Of a DNA stretch of 64,000 bases, positions 61,469 through 64,000 are shown in pieces. The DNA comes from Anaeramoeba ignava BMAN. Taxonomy: Eukaryota; Protista; Anaeramoebae. A program made the translations under genes and the position numbers. Under the pieces are notes generated by a model, which was not told the origin of the DNA, ran no database searches, and saw only the letters and a list, made by a program, of their open reading frames with translations. How positions within the stretch are numbered: the stretch's first letter is position 1; every line of letters starts with the position of its first letter. The stretch covers positions 62,001 to 126,000 of the forward strand of contig JAPDFW010000062.1 of the NCBI GenBank assembly GCA_028826165.1, read 5' to 3'.

Positions 61469-64000
61469 ATGGATTGGATTTTTGTTCCAGATGATATGGA
61501 AAAATCATTTAAAACAGTATTAACAAATCTTATATTTTTAAAAGATGATAAAAATGCAAAAAGGAAAAAAATGAGAGATTTAAGAAAAAAAATTACAAGT
61601 TTTGAGACAGAACAAAAAGAAAAAGAAAAAGAAAAATTAAAAGAACAAAAAGAAGAGAAAGAAAAAATAATAAAAGAAAAAGAGGAAAAAAAAGAAAAAC
61701 AAAAACAAAAAGAAGAACAAAAAAAAGAAAAGGAAAGAAAACAAAAAGAAAAAGAAATCAAGAAAACAAAAACAAAAAGAAAAAAAAGAAAAAAGAAAAA
61801 AAAAAGAAGAAAAAGAAAAAAGAAAAAGAAAAGAAAGGAAAAAGAAAAGAAGAAAAGAAAGAAAAAGAAAAAGAAAAAAAAAAGAAAAAAAGAAAAAAGA
61901 AAAAGAAAAACAAGAAGAAAAACCAAAAAGAAAAAAGAAAAAGAAAAATGAAAAAAAAAAGAAAACAAAAAAAAACAAAAGAAAAGAAAATTAAAAAGAA
62001 AAAACAAAAAAAAAAAAAAGAAAAAGAAAACCAAAAGAAAAAAAAAAAAAAAAAGAAAAAGAAAGAAAAAAGAAAAAAAGAAAAGAAAAGAAAAAAAAAG
62101 AAGAAAAGAAAAAGAATTGAACAGGAAAGAAAAAAAAGAAGAAAGAAAAGATAGAAAGAAAAATGAAAATAAAAAGAAAAACAAAAAAAAGAAAAAGAAA
62201 AAAAAACAGGAAAGAAAAAAAAAGAAAAATAGAAAGATTCAAAAAGAAAAGAAAAAGCTGAAACAGGAAAGAAAAAGAAAGACTTCCTCGTGAAAAAAGA
62301 AAAAAATGGAGAAAAGGAAAGAAAAACAAAAAGAAGAAAAAGAAAAAAAGGAACAGGAAAGAAAACAAAAAGAAGAACAAGAAAAAAAGGAACAGGAAAG
62401 AAAACAAAAAGAAAAGGAAAGAAAACAAAAAGAGAAAGAAAAAAAGGAACAGGAAAGAAAAAAAAAAGAAAAAGAAAGAAAACAAAAAGAGAAAGAAAAA
62501 AAGGAACAGGAAAGAAAACAAAAAGAAAAAGAAAGAAAACAAAAAGAAAAAGAAGAACAAGAAAGAATAAAAAAAGAAAAAGGAAAAATTCATTCCAAAA
62601 CAAGTTCAGAAACACATTCAGAAGATTCAGAAACAGAAGATTCAGAAACAGATGAATCAAAACATGTTGATTCAGAAACAGATTCAGAAATAGATTCAGA
62701 AATAGATTCAGAGACACATTCAGAAATAGATTCAGAAACAGATTCAGAAACAGATGATCCAAATATTGTAAAAGAACAAAAAGAAAAAGAAATAAAAAAA
62801 TTAGATTCTATTCACAGATCAAAATCACTTCAAAAAAAGCCTCTTCCAATCACACAAATTGAAAACAAAAACCCTGTTCAATTTCCAAAATCAATTCAAA
62901 ATCTAAATCAGAATCTAAATCTAAATCTAAATCAAAATCAAAATCAAAATCTAAATCAAAATCAAAATCAAATTCAAATTCAAAATCAAAATCAAAATCC
63001 AATTCAAATTCAAAATCAAAATCAAAATCAATATCAAATTCAAATTCAAAATCAAAATCAATATCAAAATCAAAATCAAAATCAAAATCAAAATCAAAAT
63101 CAATATCAATATCAAAATCAATATCAAAATCAAAATCAAAATCAAAATCAATATCAAAATCAATATCAAAATCAAAATCAAAATCAAAATCAAAATCAAA
63201 ATCAAAATCAAATTCGAAATAGATATTCTCCTCGTTACAATCCTTCTCGTTATAATCCTCCTCGAGGACTTCCTCGTGCTAGAATTGGTCTTGACCCAGG
63301 TCTATTAAATGATATGAAAAATAGAGGAAGGCAAGCAAATAACAAAAAATTACCAGTTAATCATAATCACAATCCGATGATAGAAAATAATCAACATAAA
63401 CAAAAAGAAGAACAAGAAAGAAAACAAAGAGAACAAGAAAGAAAAGCAGAAGAAACAAGATTAAGAATTCAAAAAGAAAAAGAAGCAGAAGAAACAAGAA
63501 TAAGAGAACAAGAAAGAAAAGCAGAAGAACTAAGATTAAGAATTCAAAAAGAAGCAGAAGAAACAAGATTAAGAATTCAAAAAGAAGCAGAAGAAACAAG
63601 ATTAAGAATTCAAAAACAAAGAGAAGCAGAAGAAAGATTAAGAATTCAAAAAGAAGAAACAAGATTAAAAATTCAAAGAGAAGCAGAAGAATTAAGATTA
63701 AGAACTCAAAAAGAAAAAGAAGAACAAGAAAGAAAACAAAGAGAAGCAGAAGAAACAAGATTAAGAAAACAAAGAGAAGCAGAAGAAACAAGATTAAAAA
63801 TTCAAAGAGAAGCAGAAGAAACAAGATTAAGAATTCAAAGAGAAAAAGAAGAAAAAGAAGAAACAAGATTAAGAATTCAAAAAGAAGCAGAAGAAACAAG
63901 ATTAAGAATTCAAAAACAAAGAGAAGCAGAAGAAAGATTAAGAATTCAAAAAGAAGCAGAAGAAACAAGATTAAAAATTCAAAAAGAAAGAGAAGCAGAA
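61469..64000 (+). CDS. Paralogue sharing the MDWIF N-terminal module; K/E/R coiled-coil repeats, DSET repeats, QN tract, EAEETRLRIQ repeats; 3' end outside window, frame scrambled in 61750-62590
   Basis: MDWIFVPDDMEKSFKTVLTNLIFL...; after the A-rich tract one frame is open from KGKIHSKTSSETHSE (~62580) to the window end. Confidence 0.7.

Noticed and set aside
61750-62590. Lys/Arg-rich ORFs and antisense Phe-rich membrane-like ORFs
   Set aside because: Degraded K/E/Q/R repeat with many homopolymer indels, most likely poor consensus quality; the frame is recoverable on both sides.

Overview
Extremely AT-rich, intron-rich eukaryotic (protist) genomic DNA using the standard genetic code and GT-AG spliceosomal introns; most short ORFs in the track are artefacts of hexamer microsatellites. 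About 20 genes can be assembled by hand: a CH-domain protein (3'-truncated), presequence-bearing SHMT, mucolipin/TRPML, COPI-associated (Tvp15-like) protein, p24/TMED10, c-type lysozyme, UDP-xylose synthase, an unknown polytopic membrane protein, a divergent actin, Vps18, TBP, a membrane-tethered bZIP factor, RhoBTB, RPL10, ATR, three tandem GT-C-fold glycosyltransferases and two low-complexity paralogues sharing an 'MDWIF' N-terminal module (one with 3 RRMs). Gene content and style would fit an anaerobic amoeboid/metamonad-type protist such as Anaeramoeba, but that is inference only. The most unusual signals are not genes: (1) synonymous third positions flip sharply from A-ending to T-ending near the middle of each unique-sequence island between repeat tracts, in genes on both strands; (2) two locally homogenised arrays of one ~143-bp satellite family, each next to an AP-1/Gcn4-type site and a promoter; (3) a multi-stem structured-RNA candidate downstream of the ER-type bZIP gene; (4) Inr-like TCATTT motifs before essentially every gene; (5) four isolated +1 frameshifts; (6) a TBP start codon split by an intron. 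No transposase, intein, rRNA, tRNA or CRISPR array was recognised.
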